Below are positions 26,219 through 35,787 of a stretch of 64,000 bases of DNA, piece after piece. A program made the position numbers and the translations under genes. Under the pieces are notes generated by a model. It saw nothing but the letters and a program-made list of their open reading frames with translations. It did not search any database and was not told the DNA's origin. Source of the stretch: Vulcanimicrobiota bacterium (GTDB taxonomy: Bacteria > Vulcanimicrobiota > Vulcanimicrobiia > Eremiobacterales > Eremiobacteraceae); assembly GCA_963812135.1 (NCBI GenBank), contig CAWETU010000005.1, positions 224,001 through 288,000 on the forward strand, read 5' to 3'. How positions within the stretch are numbered: position 1 is the first letter of the stretch; each line of letters begins with the position of its first letter.

Positions 26219-27511
26219 CTACGCCCCGTACGCCGCGGGCGCAGTCGCAACGTCGTTGTCGACGACGAAGTCGACGAACGCGCGCGTGATGTACACCGCC
26301 GTGAAGAGCGAGAAGATCGTTCCCCAGAGCAACGTGAATGCGAACCCTTTGACCGTTCCAGTGCCTAACCAGTAGAGCACCAGCGCGCCGACGATCGTCG
26401 TGACGTGCGAGTCGAACACCGTCCAGAACGCGCGCTTGAAGCCGACCGTGACTGCGGCTCGGGTGGTGCGGCCTGCCCATAGCTCTTCTTTGAGCCGCTC
26501 GAAGATAAGCACGTTGGCGTCGACAGCCATACCGATCGAGAGCACGAATCCAGCGATGCCCGGCAGCGTAAGCACGACGCCGAAGAGCGCGACGTAGGCG
26601 AGCATCATGAAGCAGTAGACGACCAGCGCGACGTCGGCGAGGAAACCGGGGATGCGATAGAACGCCAGCATGAACAGCAGCACGACGCCGAGTCCCGCGA
26701 GCGAGGCGACGAGCGATTTTTGCAAATCGATCTGTCCGAGCGTCGGGCCGACGTTCTCGGTCTCGAGGATCTTGGTCGGTACCTTGAGCGCGCCTGCGCT
26801 CAGCTCGTTGGCCAGCGTCACCGCCTCTTGCTCGGTGAAGTTGCCGGTGATCTGGCCGTTGGCGCTGATCGCCGACTGGATCGTGGGGCCCGAGATGAAT
26901 TGCTTATCGAGGAAGATCGGTAGCGGCTTGCCGACGTTCTTGCTCGTCCATTCGTAGAATTTCTTCGCGCCGGCGGAGGTCAGCGTGAAGTCGACCACGT
27001 GCCCGCCGGCTTGTCCGAGTCCGGCGACGGCGCTGGACATGTCGGCGCCGGTGATGATGGGAGCTGTGGAATCTTTGTAGGCGCCGGTCTGCGCGTAACT
27101 CTTATCGGGTCCTTGCAAAGACGCATAGGCGCGGGCCGTTTGTTCGGTCGTCAGCGGACGCATCTCAAGGACTGCGGCCTGACGGATCAGCGTGATCGCC
27201 TGCTCGGGATCTCGCAGGCCAGGCATCTCGATGTTGATGCGGTTGTTGCCGACCTTTTCGAACGTCAGCTCGCTGACGCCCAATCCACCGAGGCGCGTTT
27301 GGAGCACGAGCAGTTCTTCGTTCAGGATATCCGGCGTGATCTTGGGCACCGTGTCGGTCGGCTCGAGCTCGATGAGCGCCCGCAATCCGCCTTGCAGATC
27401 CAAACCGAGCTTGATCTTCTCGCGTACAGGCGTGAACGCGTACACGCAGCCGACGCACAATGCGAAGATGACGGCAAGCTTAATCAGGTTCTTCCAACGA
27501 AACCAGAACAT
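26219..27511 (-). CDS. secD: Protein translocase subunit SecD
   Basis: LGLDLQGG, VGPTLG and TLPGIAG...GMAVDANVLIFERLKEE. Confidence 0.98.
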   Translation of the reverse strand: MFWFRWKNLIKLAVIFALCVGCVYAFTPVREKIKLGLDLQGGLRALIELEPTDTVPKITPDILNEELLVLQTRLGGLGVSELTFEKVGNNRINIEMPGLRDPEQAITLIRQAAVLEMRPLTTEQTARAYASLQGPDKSYAQTGAYKDSTAPIITGADMSSAVAGLGQAGGHVVDFTLTSAGAKKFYEWTSKNVGKPLPIFLDKQFISGPTIQSAISANGQITGNFTEQEAVTLANELSAGALKVPTKILETENVGPTLGQIDLQKSLVASLAGLGVVLLFMLAFYRIPGFLADVALVVYCFMMLAYVALFGVVLTLPGIAGFVLSIGMAVDANVLIFERLKEELWAGRTTRAAVTVGFKRAFWTVFDSHVTTIVGALVLYWLGTGTVKGFAFTLLWGTIFSLFTAVYITRAFVDFVVDNDVATAPAAYGA

Positions 27512-27610
27512 CGGGACCTTTCAAGGGCGCGAAAAATGCGGCCAGCAGCGATTCGCCAGTCGCACAGGCAACCCTTATTCACGGAGGCGGGAAGGGGCGT
27601 CCTGCCCGCG

Positions 27611-29686
27611 TTACGTCGTCGGCATGCTCGGTTGCGATGAAAGCGGCTGGTCGAGCGTCGCTTTCACCTCCACCGAGTAGCCCGGTGCGATCTCTGCCAA
27701 GCTTATCACCGTTGCGCTCACGCCGCAGAGCTCGACGAAGCGCGCCAGCGGCAGCCGCAAGCTCGGCGCGCTGAGAATGGTCGAAACGCCCGCCTCTTGT
27801 AGTCCCGTCCGGAACGCACCGGCGAGTGCGAGCGCGGCGCCGGGTTCTATCCCGAAAATGACGCCCCGATCCGTTGCGACGACCGCGTCATTGAGCTCGC
27901 TTTCGCTGAGCGCCGAAATGGCGAGCACCGGGATGACCCCAGCCGCGTCGGCAAGCATCGCGCAGATCGCCGGCGCGAGCCGGCGTCTTGCCGCCTCGCC
28001 GATGAACGCGGCATCTTTCGTGTGCTCCGCCTCATCCGCGATGGTTTCAAGAATCGCCACGAAATCGCGAATCGAAACGCGCTCTCGCGCCAGGTGTTGC
28101 AACACGCGCTGCACGAGCCCGAGGCCGGCAAGCTCGGGCACCACTCCCTTGATCGCGGCCGGATTGGTGCGCCGCACGTGGTCGATCAGCCACTGCACTT
28201 CTTGGCGACCCAGCAACGCTGCGGCGTGTTCGCGCGCGACGACGCCAAGTCGGCTCGTCAGCACCGCGATCGGATCTACGACGACCGCCTCCTCGTTGGC
28301 GATAGGCGACGTCTCCGTTTGCATCCACTTCGCGTCGCAACCGGTGACGGGGTCTGTCGTCGCCTCTCCCGGGAATCGTGAAAGCGCGCTCGGCGATCCG
28401 AGCGCTAACGCGCGGTCAGGATGCAACTGACCACGCGCGACGATGCGATCCCGCACGCGAATCGCAAACCCTCGTTGTGGAAGCCGAAGATCATCCCGGA
28501 TATGGACGCCCGGGAGCACGATACCGAGCTCGAGCGCCAGCGAACGCCGTAGCCCGCCGATCCGTTGCAACAGCGCGGTGCCTGCGGGCTCCTCGAGCAG
28601 CGGCAAAAGTGCTTCGCCCAAGTCGATACCAAGTTGCTCGACCCCCAGCAAGGCGACCGCCCCTTCGGGTTTTCCGGACTCGACACGCTTGCGTTGGCGC
28701 TCGGACGCCTCGTTGAGCGCCCGACGACGCTGATCGACGCGTTCGGCTGCGCGACTCGCCGCCAGCCCCAAGACGCCGAGCACGCCAAAGGCCACGTGCG
28801 GAAGCCCGGGCACGAGCGCGAGGACGAGCATGGCGATGCCAACGGTGCGAAGCGACGAAGGATGTGCGAGCGCCTGTCGCAGCAGGTCTTCGCCGAGGCT
28901 TTGATCCGAAGACGCGCGCGTGACGATAATGCCCATCGCAGTCGACAACAAAAACGCCGGTAAGGTGGTGGCCAAGGCGTTCCCCACCGATAGTAGCGTG
29001 AACGTCTGCGCTGCCTCAGCGAGTTCCATGTGTTTCATCAGGGTACCGATGCCGATGCCGGCAACGATGTTGATGCCGACGATGACCAGCGCCGCGATCG
29101 CATCGCCTCGCACGAATTTGCCGGCGCCGTCCATGGCGCCGTAGAAGTCCGCTTCCGCTTGAACCGCCGCACGCTTGGCCTTCGCCTCGACGGCGTCGAT
29201 GACGCCCGCATGCAGATCGGCATCGATGGCCATTTGCTTGCCTGGCATGGCGTCCAGCGTGAATCGCGCCGCGACTTCGGCCACGCGCTGCGCACCATTG
29301 GTCACGACGACCAGTTGAACGACGATGAGAATGACGAACATCAACATGCCGACGATGATGCTGCCGCGCATCACGAAGTCGCCGAACGCCGGGATGACGG
29401 TACCTACGCCGCCTGGATCAGCGCCTTGCGTGAGGATCAAGCGCGTCGCGGAGACGTCTAGGCTCAGCCGGAACAGCGTCGCCACGAGCAAGAGTGTTGG
29501 AAAGGTCGCGAATTCCAGCGGTTCTCGCAGCGTGAGTGCGATGACGAGGACGGCCGCGGCACCCATGATGTCGAGCGCGAGGAGCGCGTCGAGTAGCCAT
29601 GGCGCCAACGGTACGACCAACGTGGCGACGATGCCGAGCACCGCCACGGCGAAAGCCGCGCCGGCGGGAGAGCCCGGTCTTCTCAT
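27611..29686 (-). CDS. flhA: FlhA/SctV-family export gate protein
   Basis: FHIPEP motifs RVAEVAARFTLDAMPGKQMAIDADL and FYGAMDGAGKFVRGDAIA, plus LARERVSIRD. Confidence 0.93.
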   Translation of the reverse strand: MRRPGSPAGAAFAVAVLGIVATLVVPLAPWLLDALLALDIMGAAAVLVIALTLREPLEFATFPTLLLVATLFRLSLDVSATRLILTQGADPGGVGTVIPAFGDFVMRGSIIVGMLMFVILIVVQLVVVTNGAQRVAEVAARFTLDAMPGKQMAIDADLHAGVIDAVEAKAKRAAVQAEADFYGAMDGAGKFVRGDAIAALVIVGINIVAGIGIGTLMKHMELAEAAQTFTLLSVGNALATTLPAFLLSTAMGIIVTRASSDQSLGEDLLRQALAHPSSLRTVGIAMLVLALVPGLPHVAFGVLGVLGLAASRAAERVDQRRRALNEASERQRKRVESGKPEGAVALLGVEQLGIDLGEALLPLLEEPAGTALLQRIGGLRRSLALELGIVLPGVHIRDDLRLPQRGFAIRVRDRIVARGQLHPDRALALGSPSALSRFPGEATTDPVTGCDAKWMQTETSPIANEEAVVVDPIAVLTSRLGVVAREHAAALLGRQEVQWLIDHVRRTNPAAIKGVVPELAGLGLVQRVLQHLARERVSIRDFVAILETIADEAEHTKDAAFIGEAARRRLAPAICAMLADAAGVIPVLAISALSESELNDAVVATDRGVIFGIEPGAALALAGAFRTGLQEAGVSTILSAPSLRLPLARFVELCGVSATVISLAEIAPGYSVEVKATLDQPLSSQPSMPTT

Positions 29687-30756
29687 CGGTCGTCGCTTCC
29701 ACCCAGCGATCCGCGGGTTTGTAATAACATCGCGAATATCGAGGCGACGGCCGCGTAGCACTGCTCGGGAATCGGCTCACCCAGGGATGCGCTTGCGAAG
29801 AGCGTGCGTGCGAGCTCCGGTGACTCGATGATCGGCACGTCATGGAGCGCTGCAATCGCCCGCACCAGCGTTGCTGCAAGATCCGCACCGCGAGAGACGA
29901 TGATAGGTACGTCGATCCGCGGTGGCGCGTAGCGCAGCGCGACAGCGACGTGAGTCGGATTCGCGATCACAGCCGTGGCAGCGCGGATCGCTCCGACGCT
30001 CACGCTGCGCGAGAAACGGGCCGCCGACGCCCGACGATGTGCTCGGAGCTCCGGCTTGCCTTCATTCTCCGCCCGCTCATCCCGGACTTCGCGCGGTGAC
30101 ATTCGTAACGCGCGTGCGGCTCGTTTGCGGACGTGCCACGCGTCGAAAAGCGCAAGGACGCCAAGCCCGGGCACGAGCCACGACCAAGCGTGCACGAACG
30201 TCGCGCACAAGATCGCGATGGCGGCGGCGGTCAGTAACCCCGAGGCTGCGAATTCCACGGTCCCTCGCAAAGCCGGCCATGCGCAGCACATCACGATCGC
30301 CACACCGGCTGCGGCCATTGTCGCCGCGATGACGCCCTCGGCACTGAGTAACCGGCTTGCGCCTGATCGCCAAGCGAGCCGCTCGAGACGCGGCTGCAAT
30401 GCGCCGGGAGCAAATGCCAACGCGCCGCTTGCCGCGGAAGCTATCACCGCAGCGACGCACGCAGCGATCCATGCCGAGCCGATGATCAGCCACCCATCGT
30501 GCCACCAGAGCCAGGTGGTTTGCACCGACGCGTCTGCCGCAGGGGCGTCGCCGACCGAGACCGCTGCTCGCGCCGAAGCCCGCCACAAAGCGATCCAACT
30601 CGCCGCCGCTGATCCGGCTGCCATTACAGGCAGCGCTGCGAGCGCAATCGCAAGCCATGCCCCTGTCGCTGGGCTTTGGCCCCAACGTCCCTGCGCTCTC
30701 GCTTTCGCCAGTCGCTTTGGCGTCGCGGCTTCGGTGCGCTCACCCGAATCGTTCAC
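29683..30756 (-). CDS. flhB: FlhB/SctU-family export switch protein
   Basis: ERTEAATPKRL, MSPREVRDE..ENEGKPE and the NPTH autocleavage motif. Confidence 0.9.
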   Translation of the reverse strand: MNDSGERTEAATPKRLAKARAQGRWGQSPATGAWLAIALAALPVMAAGSAAASWIALWRASARAAVSVGDAPAADASVQTTWLWWHDGWLIIGSAWIAACVAAVIASAASGALAFAPGALQPRLERLAWRSGASRLLSAEGVIAATMAAAGVAIVMCCAWPALRGTVEFAASGLLTAAAIAILCATFVHAWSWLVPGLGVLALFDAWHVRKRAARALRMSPREVRDERAENEGKPELRAHRRASAARFSRSVSVGAIRAATAVIANPTHVAVALRYAPPRIDVPIIVSRGADLAATLVRAIAALHDVPIIESPELARTLFASASLGEPIPEQCYAAVASIFAMLLQTRGSLGGSDDR

Positions 30757-31475
30757 GGGTGAAGCGCGGCGTGCGCGGCGATCGCCGCCATGTGCCGCAT
30801 CAGCGCGAACATCGCGGGCACGCCGACGATCGCCGCGATCAGCGCGAGCGGCGAGGCGATCGCAGGTGTCAAGAGCATGCCGTTCACGCGTGGCGCGACG
30901 CGTGCCGCAAGACCCGCGATCAGCGTCGCGACGGCGTGAGCGAAAACCGGAGGCAGTGAAAGCGCAAGGGTCAGATGGAATGCCGTTCGAATCGCGGCGG
31001 ACGCAGCGGCTGAACCCGTGTGGATCGCCAACGCGGTGAAATGCCCCGCGAAACCCGCCACGAACCAGGCGAGCGCGCCGCTGCTGCACCATGCGTTTGC
31101 CGCGACAAGCGGTAGCAGAACGGAGAACGGCCCAGAGCCTTGCTGGGTCGCATCATATGAATTTGAAGGCCCGCCCGCAAGTGCTTGATCGAACAAGGCA
31201 CCGGTTGAAGCAGCCGATCCCGCGATGATGGACGCGGTGAGTCCGACCGACGTACCTGTGGCCGCTGCGATGCACGCGGGAATGGTGACCCCTCCTGCTA
31301 CCGTAGCCCACGCGGCGTCTGTGGTCGCCGTGTCTGCGGCCAGCGGCGTTATGGACAACGCGAGAGCGGCACGCACGATTCCGGGCACATGCTTTGCGCC
31401 CGCCAGCGGAAGCGTCGCCGCAAAAGCGGTTGAACCGGCAAGTGCCACCACAAAAGCTGGATGGGGTGGTTCCAC
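30753..31475 (-). CDS. fliR: FliR/SctT-like export protein (very divergent)
   Basis: Hydrophobic, with GLAARVAPRVN motif. Located between fliQ and flhB. Confidence 0.75.
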   Translation of the reverse strand: MEPPHPAFVVALAGSTAFAATLPLAGAKHVPGIVRAALALSITPLAADTATTDAAWATVAGGVTIPACIAAATGTSVGLTASIIAGSAASTGALFDQALAGGPSNSYDATQQGSGPFSVLLPLVAANAWCSSGALAWFVAGFAGHFTALAIHTGSAAASAAIRTAFHLTLALSLPPVFAHAVATLIAGLAARVAPRVNGMLLTPAIASPLALIAAIVGVPAMFALMRHMAAIAAHAALHP

Positions 31476-31745
31476 CTAAAGGCCGAGTAATCGCGGCACC
31501 GAGGCAGCCCCTATCTCGAACAGCCGGATCAGCATCGCCAAGGCCGCGACTCCCGCGACCGAGACGAGCAGAGCGACCACAAGCAGTTTCGGAAGAAACG
31601 AGATGTTCTGATCCTGGACCTGTACGACGGTCTGAATCGCGCCAGTCACAACGCCGACGATCGCAACAGCGCCCACGATCGGGACCGTGAGCACCAACGT
31701 CGTTTGGAGCGCGCGCGCCATGAGGTGGACCGCAGCATGCTCCAT
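31476..31745 (-). CDS. fliQ: FliQ/SctS export protein
   Basis: QTVVQVQDQNISFLPKL, 89 aa. Confidence 0.92.
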   Translation of the reverse strand: MEHAAVHLMARALQTTLVLTVPIVGAVAIVGVVTGAIQTVVQVQDQNISFLPKLLVVALLVSVAGVAALAMLIRLFEIGAASVPRLLGL

Positions 31746-31746
31746 G

Positions 31747-32421
31747 TCAGCGAAACGACTGAATCAATGTGCCACACACCGTGGTCCAGCCGTCCGCCGC
31801 GACGAAGAGAAGCAGCTTGATCGGCAGGGCGATCGATGAGGGCGAAACCATGAACATGCCGAGCGACATCATCACTGCGGCGACGACGATGTCGATCGCT
31901 GCGAATGGCAGCGCAAACGCGAAGCCCATCGCAAACGCTGCTCTCAACTCGCTCACCATGAACGCGGGCGCGACGATTTCAAACGCTGGATCGCCTTGCG
32001 AATTGAGATTGTGACTGAGTCCACGCGCGCTCGCGTAGCGTGAGAAGGTCGCGACGTCGGATGCGCGGGTCTGGCGCAGCATGAAGCGCTTAAGCTCATC
32101 ACAGCCGCGTGTCAGCGCCACCGTCGCGGAAATGTGACGCTGAAGGTATGGCTCGAGCGCGCTGTGCTGCACGCGTCCAAGCGTGGGACCCATGATCACT
32201 ACGCTGAGCATGATGGCAAGGGCGGCGATCACCGAATTAGGTGGTAGCGTGGACGCCCCAAGCGACGCGCGGAGCAGACCCAGAACGACGACGATTCGTG
32301 TGAACGACGTCGTCGACACTGCAAGCAACGGCACGATGCTCAAACCGAAAAGAACGATCAGCAGGTCAAGCGGGGAAGCTCCTCGCGACGCCATCGTCAT
32401 CGCATGCGCGAGCTCGTTCAC
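31747..32421 (-). CDS. fliP: FliP/SctR export protein
   Basis: TSFTRIVVVLGLLR..LG...PPN, PAFMVSELRAAF and GMFMVSP..IALPIKLLLFVAADGW. Confidence 0.93.
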   Translation of the reverse strand: MNELAHAMTMASRGASPLDLLIVLFGLSIVPLLAVSTTSFTRIVVVLGLLRASLGASTLPPNSVIAALAIMLSVVIMGPTLGRVQHSALEPYLQRHISATVALTRGCDELKRFMLRQTRASDVATFSRYASARGLSHNLNSQGDPAFEIVAPAFMVSELRAAFAMGFAFALPFAAIDIVVAAVMMSLGMFMVSPSSIALPIKLLLFVAADGWTTVCGTLIQSFR

Positions 32422-32693
32422 GCGCGCTTTGCTCCCTGCGATGTCCGGCTGTGAACGCTACGAACTTCGATCGCAAGCGTGCCGTCGTCGAGCTCCACCA
32501 GCTCACCCGAGGCAACCGCCACGCCGTTGACGAGCAGCTCTACCGGCGAATCCGAAGAGGCGTTGAGTGATATGACGGAGCCTTCGGTGAACGCGAGCAC
32601 GTCGTCCACCGAACAGCGCGCCGCGCCGACGGCGACGGTAAGCGCGACTTCAACGTCGCCGAGGGCGGCGAGCGTAAGCGCGGCGCCGCTCAT
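32418..32693 (-). CDS. fliN: FliN/SpoA-domain C-ring protein
   Basis: DVEVALTVAVG...GSVISL...PVELLVNG..VASGELV. Confidence 0.88.
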   Translation of the reverse strand: MSGAALTLAALGDVEVALTVAVGAARCSVDDVLAFTEGSVISLNASSDSPVELLVNGVAVASGELVELDDGTLAIEVRSVHSRTSQGAKRA

Positions 32694-33466
32694 CGATTTG
32701 CCATGTGCGCGGCATCGCCGTTCAGACGAACGGCGCGCTTGCCATCAGCGCTACCCAGAACGCCAAACGCTACCGGGCGATGATTTATCGTCACCCGCAC
32801 ATCAGGTTCGACGCCTGCAGCGCTGAGGGGAAGGATGACTCCTGGTTCCAAGCCCGACATCAAGCCGAGCGTCGCGCTGAGCGGCCGCAAGACTGCCGTC
32901 AGGTCCAGTGGAACCCCGCCGATCGGCGGTCGCGCGGGCTGCGGCAACGCCGCTGCAGCGCGCGTATAAAGATAAAATCGAGCCAGGTGTCCTCCCTCGT
33001 GCGAAAGTGCAGCGTCGCAACGCCACACACCGTTGCCGCACTCTTCAGGAACTGCGATTTCCCGCCACGGCGATCGCGACGCCGCGCCCAGCAACCGATC
33101 GACGCACTCACCGATTATCGTCCGCTCGACGGCTGTCGGCGCCGGTGCCCCGGGCCCATCGAGGACGAACTCGAGCAACGCGCGCTGGGCGTCCAAGGAC
33201 AGCACGCACAGCGCGTCTCCTTCGGGCCCTTCCGTCCTCCACATCCGATCGAAATGATCGAAGTCGACGCGTTCGCATCTCGTCGGGGGAGTGTACGTGA
33301 AATCGACGGCGCGGCGCAGCACGCCGCGACTTCGCACTGCAGCGGCGCGTACGACTCGTTCAAGGAACTCGGGTCCATGATCCGAGCTCGGCTCGATGGG
33401 AGGGGACGCCCTTCGCAACGCAGGGCGCCGCAGCCGGGAGTGAACATCCTGATCTGGAGGGCTCAA
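32690..33466 (-). CDS. FliM/SctQ-like protein with C-terminal SpoA-like domain (divergent, start uncertain)
   Basis: LDGPG...PTAVERTI (FliM middle-domain-like) and VPLDLTAVL...LEPGVILPL...VAFGVLG...AVRL. Confidence 0.65.
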   Translation of the reverse strand: MSPPDQDVHSRLRRPALRRASPPIEPSSDHGPEFLERVVRAAAVRSRGVLRRAVDFTYTPPTRCERVDFDHFDRMWRTEGPEGDALCVLSLDAQRALLEFVLDGPGAPAPTAVERTIIGECVDRLLGAASRSPWREIAVPEECGNGVWRCDAALSHEGGHLARFYLYTRAAAALPQPARPPIGGVPLDLTAVLRPLSATLGLMSGLEPGVILPLSAAGVEPDVRVTINHRPVAFGVLGSADGKRAVRLNGDAAHMANR

Positions 33467-34209
33467 CGGACCAGGCCAAGCGCAGTTCGCACGCAAGCAT
33501 CGGACGCACCCGCGAGCGCCACATCGAGTTCGGCCTTGCGGCGAAGAATCCAGAGTCTATGCAAATCGCCTTCAAGGTTCACTGCGCCGGCCGCGACCAC
33601 GTGCGCCCGCAACGTTCCTGCGCCAGCCACCCCTGGTGAAGTCGTCTGTGGTGCTCCAGCTGCGCGGGTCGCGGTAAATCCCGCATCCCCGAATCGTTGC
33701 AACCGCTCTGGGGCTGGGAACAGCGCGATTGCCAGCCGTGCGACCGGAGTGACTGTCTCGCGACGCCGTTTTGTACGGCCTTCAAAACGAATGTCGACCG
33801 TGCTGAGCACACCGTCTTCATCAATCCTATAGGTTGGAAGTTCTCTTGATCCCTGACTTGGTACGCTGACGACAATGGGCAACGCTGCCGCTGCCCAGCC
33901 GCCAGCCGCGCGTTTGAACCCTACAACGCTTCGTCCATGGCCGTCGACCAGCTGGCCAGACGCGTCGATGCGAAAGTCGCCCAAGCGGCTGTAAATCGTT
34001 CGATCACCGTCGCGCAGTACGAAAAGCCCGGGACCGTCCACCGCGACCGCGAGAGGGGCCGTGCTTGGAGCGAAGCGGTCAGCGCCAGTCTGGGCGCCTG
34101 CGTCAACGAGCACATCGGCAGCCCGATCGGCAGCGTCGCCGGTGGCGCCCGGTGTGGCGGCCCGCCGGAGATCCGATATCACGAGGCCGACTTGATCATC
34201 GATGGTCAT
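33463..34209 (-). CDS. FlgF/FlgG/FlgE-like rod/hook-family protein (degenerate termini)
   Basis: PLAVAVDGPGLF...YSRLGDFRIDASGQLVDGHGRSVVG core and a C-terminal helix ending LVR. Confidence 0.8.
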   Translation of the reverse strand: MTIDDQVGLVISDLRRAATPGATGDAADRAADVLVDAGAQTGADRFAPSTAPLAVAVDGPGLFVLRDGDRTIYSRLGDFRIDASGQLVDGHGRSVVGFKRAAGGWAAAALPIVVSVPSQGSRELPTYRIDEDGVLSTVDIRFEGRTKRRRETVTPVARLAIALFPAPERLQRFGDAGFTATRAAGAPQTTSPGVAGAGTLRAHVVAAGAVNLEGDLHRLWILRRKAELDVALAGASDACVRTALGLVR

Positions 34210-34678
34210 GAGCCACCCTATCCTGGTTGAAGCGCAACGACGTGAATATTCTGCTTTCGAAGACGACGCCGCTTAGAACCACGGATCCGAAGCGCGCTGT
34301 GAAGCGAATCGGACGCGAATCAACGTGTGGCCTATGCGACCGAGGGTCGACCTGATTCCTCGGGAGGGGCCGCAGCAGACGTGGATTCTTCGCGGGGACG
34401 AGCGTTCCACGAGCGATGGGCATTCGCGTCGGTGTTTCGCGCGATCGCGTCAGGCGCAGCTGGCAATGCGTCGCAATGATTGGCTTCGTGCTCCGTTCCA
34501 ATACGGCGCGGCGTCGAAAATCGCGACGGACACATTCTTTGAATTGCTCTGATCGCTGACGTAGACCGAACGCAGCTCGCTCAGCGAGCGTGAGCGTGGG
34601 TCGAGACCTATACGCGCCGTCGAAGAGAAAACTGGCATCGAGCTCTGCCGTCGACGGCGGAAAGTACGTCGCGCTCAT
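34196..34678 (-). CDS. Hypothetical Arg-rich ORF upstream of the export cluster
   Basis: 160-aa ORF with ATG preceded by TACTAT. Its end overlaps the rod-like gene start. No recognised domain. Confidence 0.3.
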   Translation of the reverse strand: MSATYFPPSTAELDASFLFDGAYRSRPTLTLAERAAFGLRQRSEQFKECVRRDFRRRAVLERSTKPIIATHCQLRLTRSRETPTRMPIARGTLVPAKNPRLLRPLPRNQVDPRSHRPHVDSRPIRFTARFGSVVLSGVVFESRIFTSLRFNQDRVAHDHR

Positions 34679-34728
34679 CAGGTGGGAGATAGTACGGGCG
34701 ACAGATGAACGGTGTGTGAACCAGACGT

Positions 34729-35787
34729 TTAGAGAATGCGCGCCTCTACTGCCTTGAACGCGGCATAGAGCTGCACTCCCGCAGCCATATCAAGCGCGGA
34801 CAGCGAGTGTGCGGTTACGCGCGCGGTGATCGGCGGCGACGATGAGAGCGTCACCCGAAACGCGCCCCGATCGGACGCGATCTCTTCCACGGGGCCACGG
34901 AAGACATTGCGCGCGGACGTATGCGGAGCGTCCGCAGACAAGGTCACCGTATCTGGATCGACCGTGAAACTGATCTCGCCCGCGTAATCGCCCTGCACGA
35001 CCACTTCGCCACCGCCGGCTAGCACGACGCTGGAGCCGTCTCCCAACGGCCTGGCCAGCCCGCGATAGAAGTTCACGCCGGCAAACGAAGCGACGTAGCC
35101 GGACGCCGGACGCTCGCGCAGTGCCGCGAGCTCGCCCGATTGCTTCACGCTTCCATCTTCTAGTACGACGAAGCGCCGGGCGAAAAGGAGCGCCTCAGCG
35201 GGTTCGTGTACGACGAGAACGGTCGCGGCGCGTGTCGCATCGATCGCCTTGCGCAGCGCGTCACGAACGAGCGGCCGCAACCTGATATCGAGTGCGCTGA
35301 GCGGTTCGTCGAGCAGCAGCACGCGCGGCGTCAGCGCGACCGCCCGCGCTAGCGCGACGCGCTGCACTTCGCCAGCGGAGAGCGTCGAAGCACGGCGTCC
35401 TGCCAAATGCGACGCGCCGACGATCTCGAGGGCGTCGAGCGCTTTCTTTCGCGCGTCGTGGGGTGCTTCACCGCCGGCCAGTAGCCCGAATTCCGCGTTA
35501 CCCAGCCCCGATAGATGTCCGAAGAGCGCTCCGCCTGCGAAGACCATTGCGACGTTGCGGCGATGTGCCGGTACGAACGTGCGGCTCGCGCTGTCGAACC
35601 ATGTCGAGCTTCCGTTCCTGATTGAACCATTGTGCGGCCGCAGCAAGCCCGCCAGGCATGCGAGCGCGGTGGTCTTGCCCGCCCCGCTCGGCCCCACGAC
35701 CGCGACAGTCTCGCCAGGTTCCACCTCGATCGAGAAGTTAAGCGCGAAGTCATCGCGGCTCGCGCTGAAGTTCGCGGATAAGCTCAT
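34729..35787 (-). CDS. modC: Molybdate ABC transporter ATP-binding protein with TOBE domain
   Basis: GPSGAGKT, LSAGE, LLLDEP, SARN and FKAVE. Confidence 0.93.
   Translation of the reverse strand: MSLSANFSASRDDFALNFSIEVEPGETVAVVGPSGAGKTTALACLAGLLRPHNGSIRNGSSTWFDSASRTFVPAHRRNVAMVFAGGALFGHLSGLGNAEFGLLAGGEAPHDARKKALDALEIVGASHLAGRRASTLSAGEVQRVALARAVALTPRVLLLDEPLSALDIRLRPLVRDALRKAIDATRAATVLVVHEPAEALLFARRFVVLEDGSVKQSGELAALRERPASGYVASFAGVNFYRGLARPLGDGSSVVLAGGGEVVVQGDYAGEISFTVDPDTVTLSADAPHTSARNVFRGPVEEIASDRGAFRVTLSSSPPITARVTAHSLSALDMAAGVQLYAAFKAVEARIL

Noticed and set aside
34210..34460. c-di-GMP riboswitch or sigma28/sigma54 promoter ahead of the export cluster
   Set aside because: Only weak partial matches were found, with no recognisable consensus.
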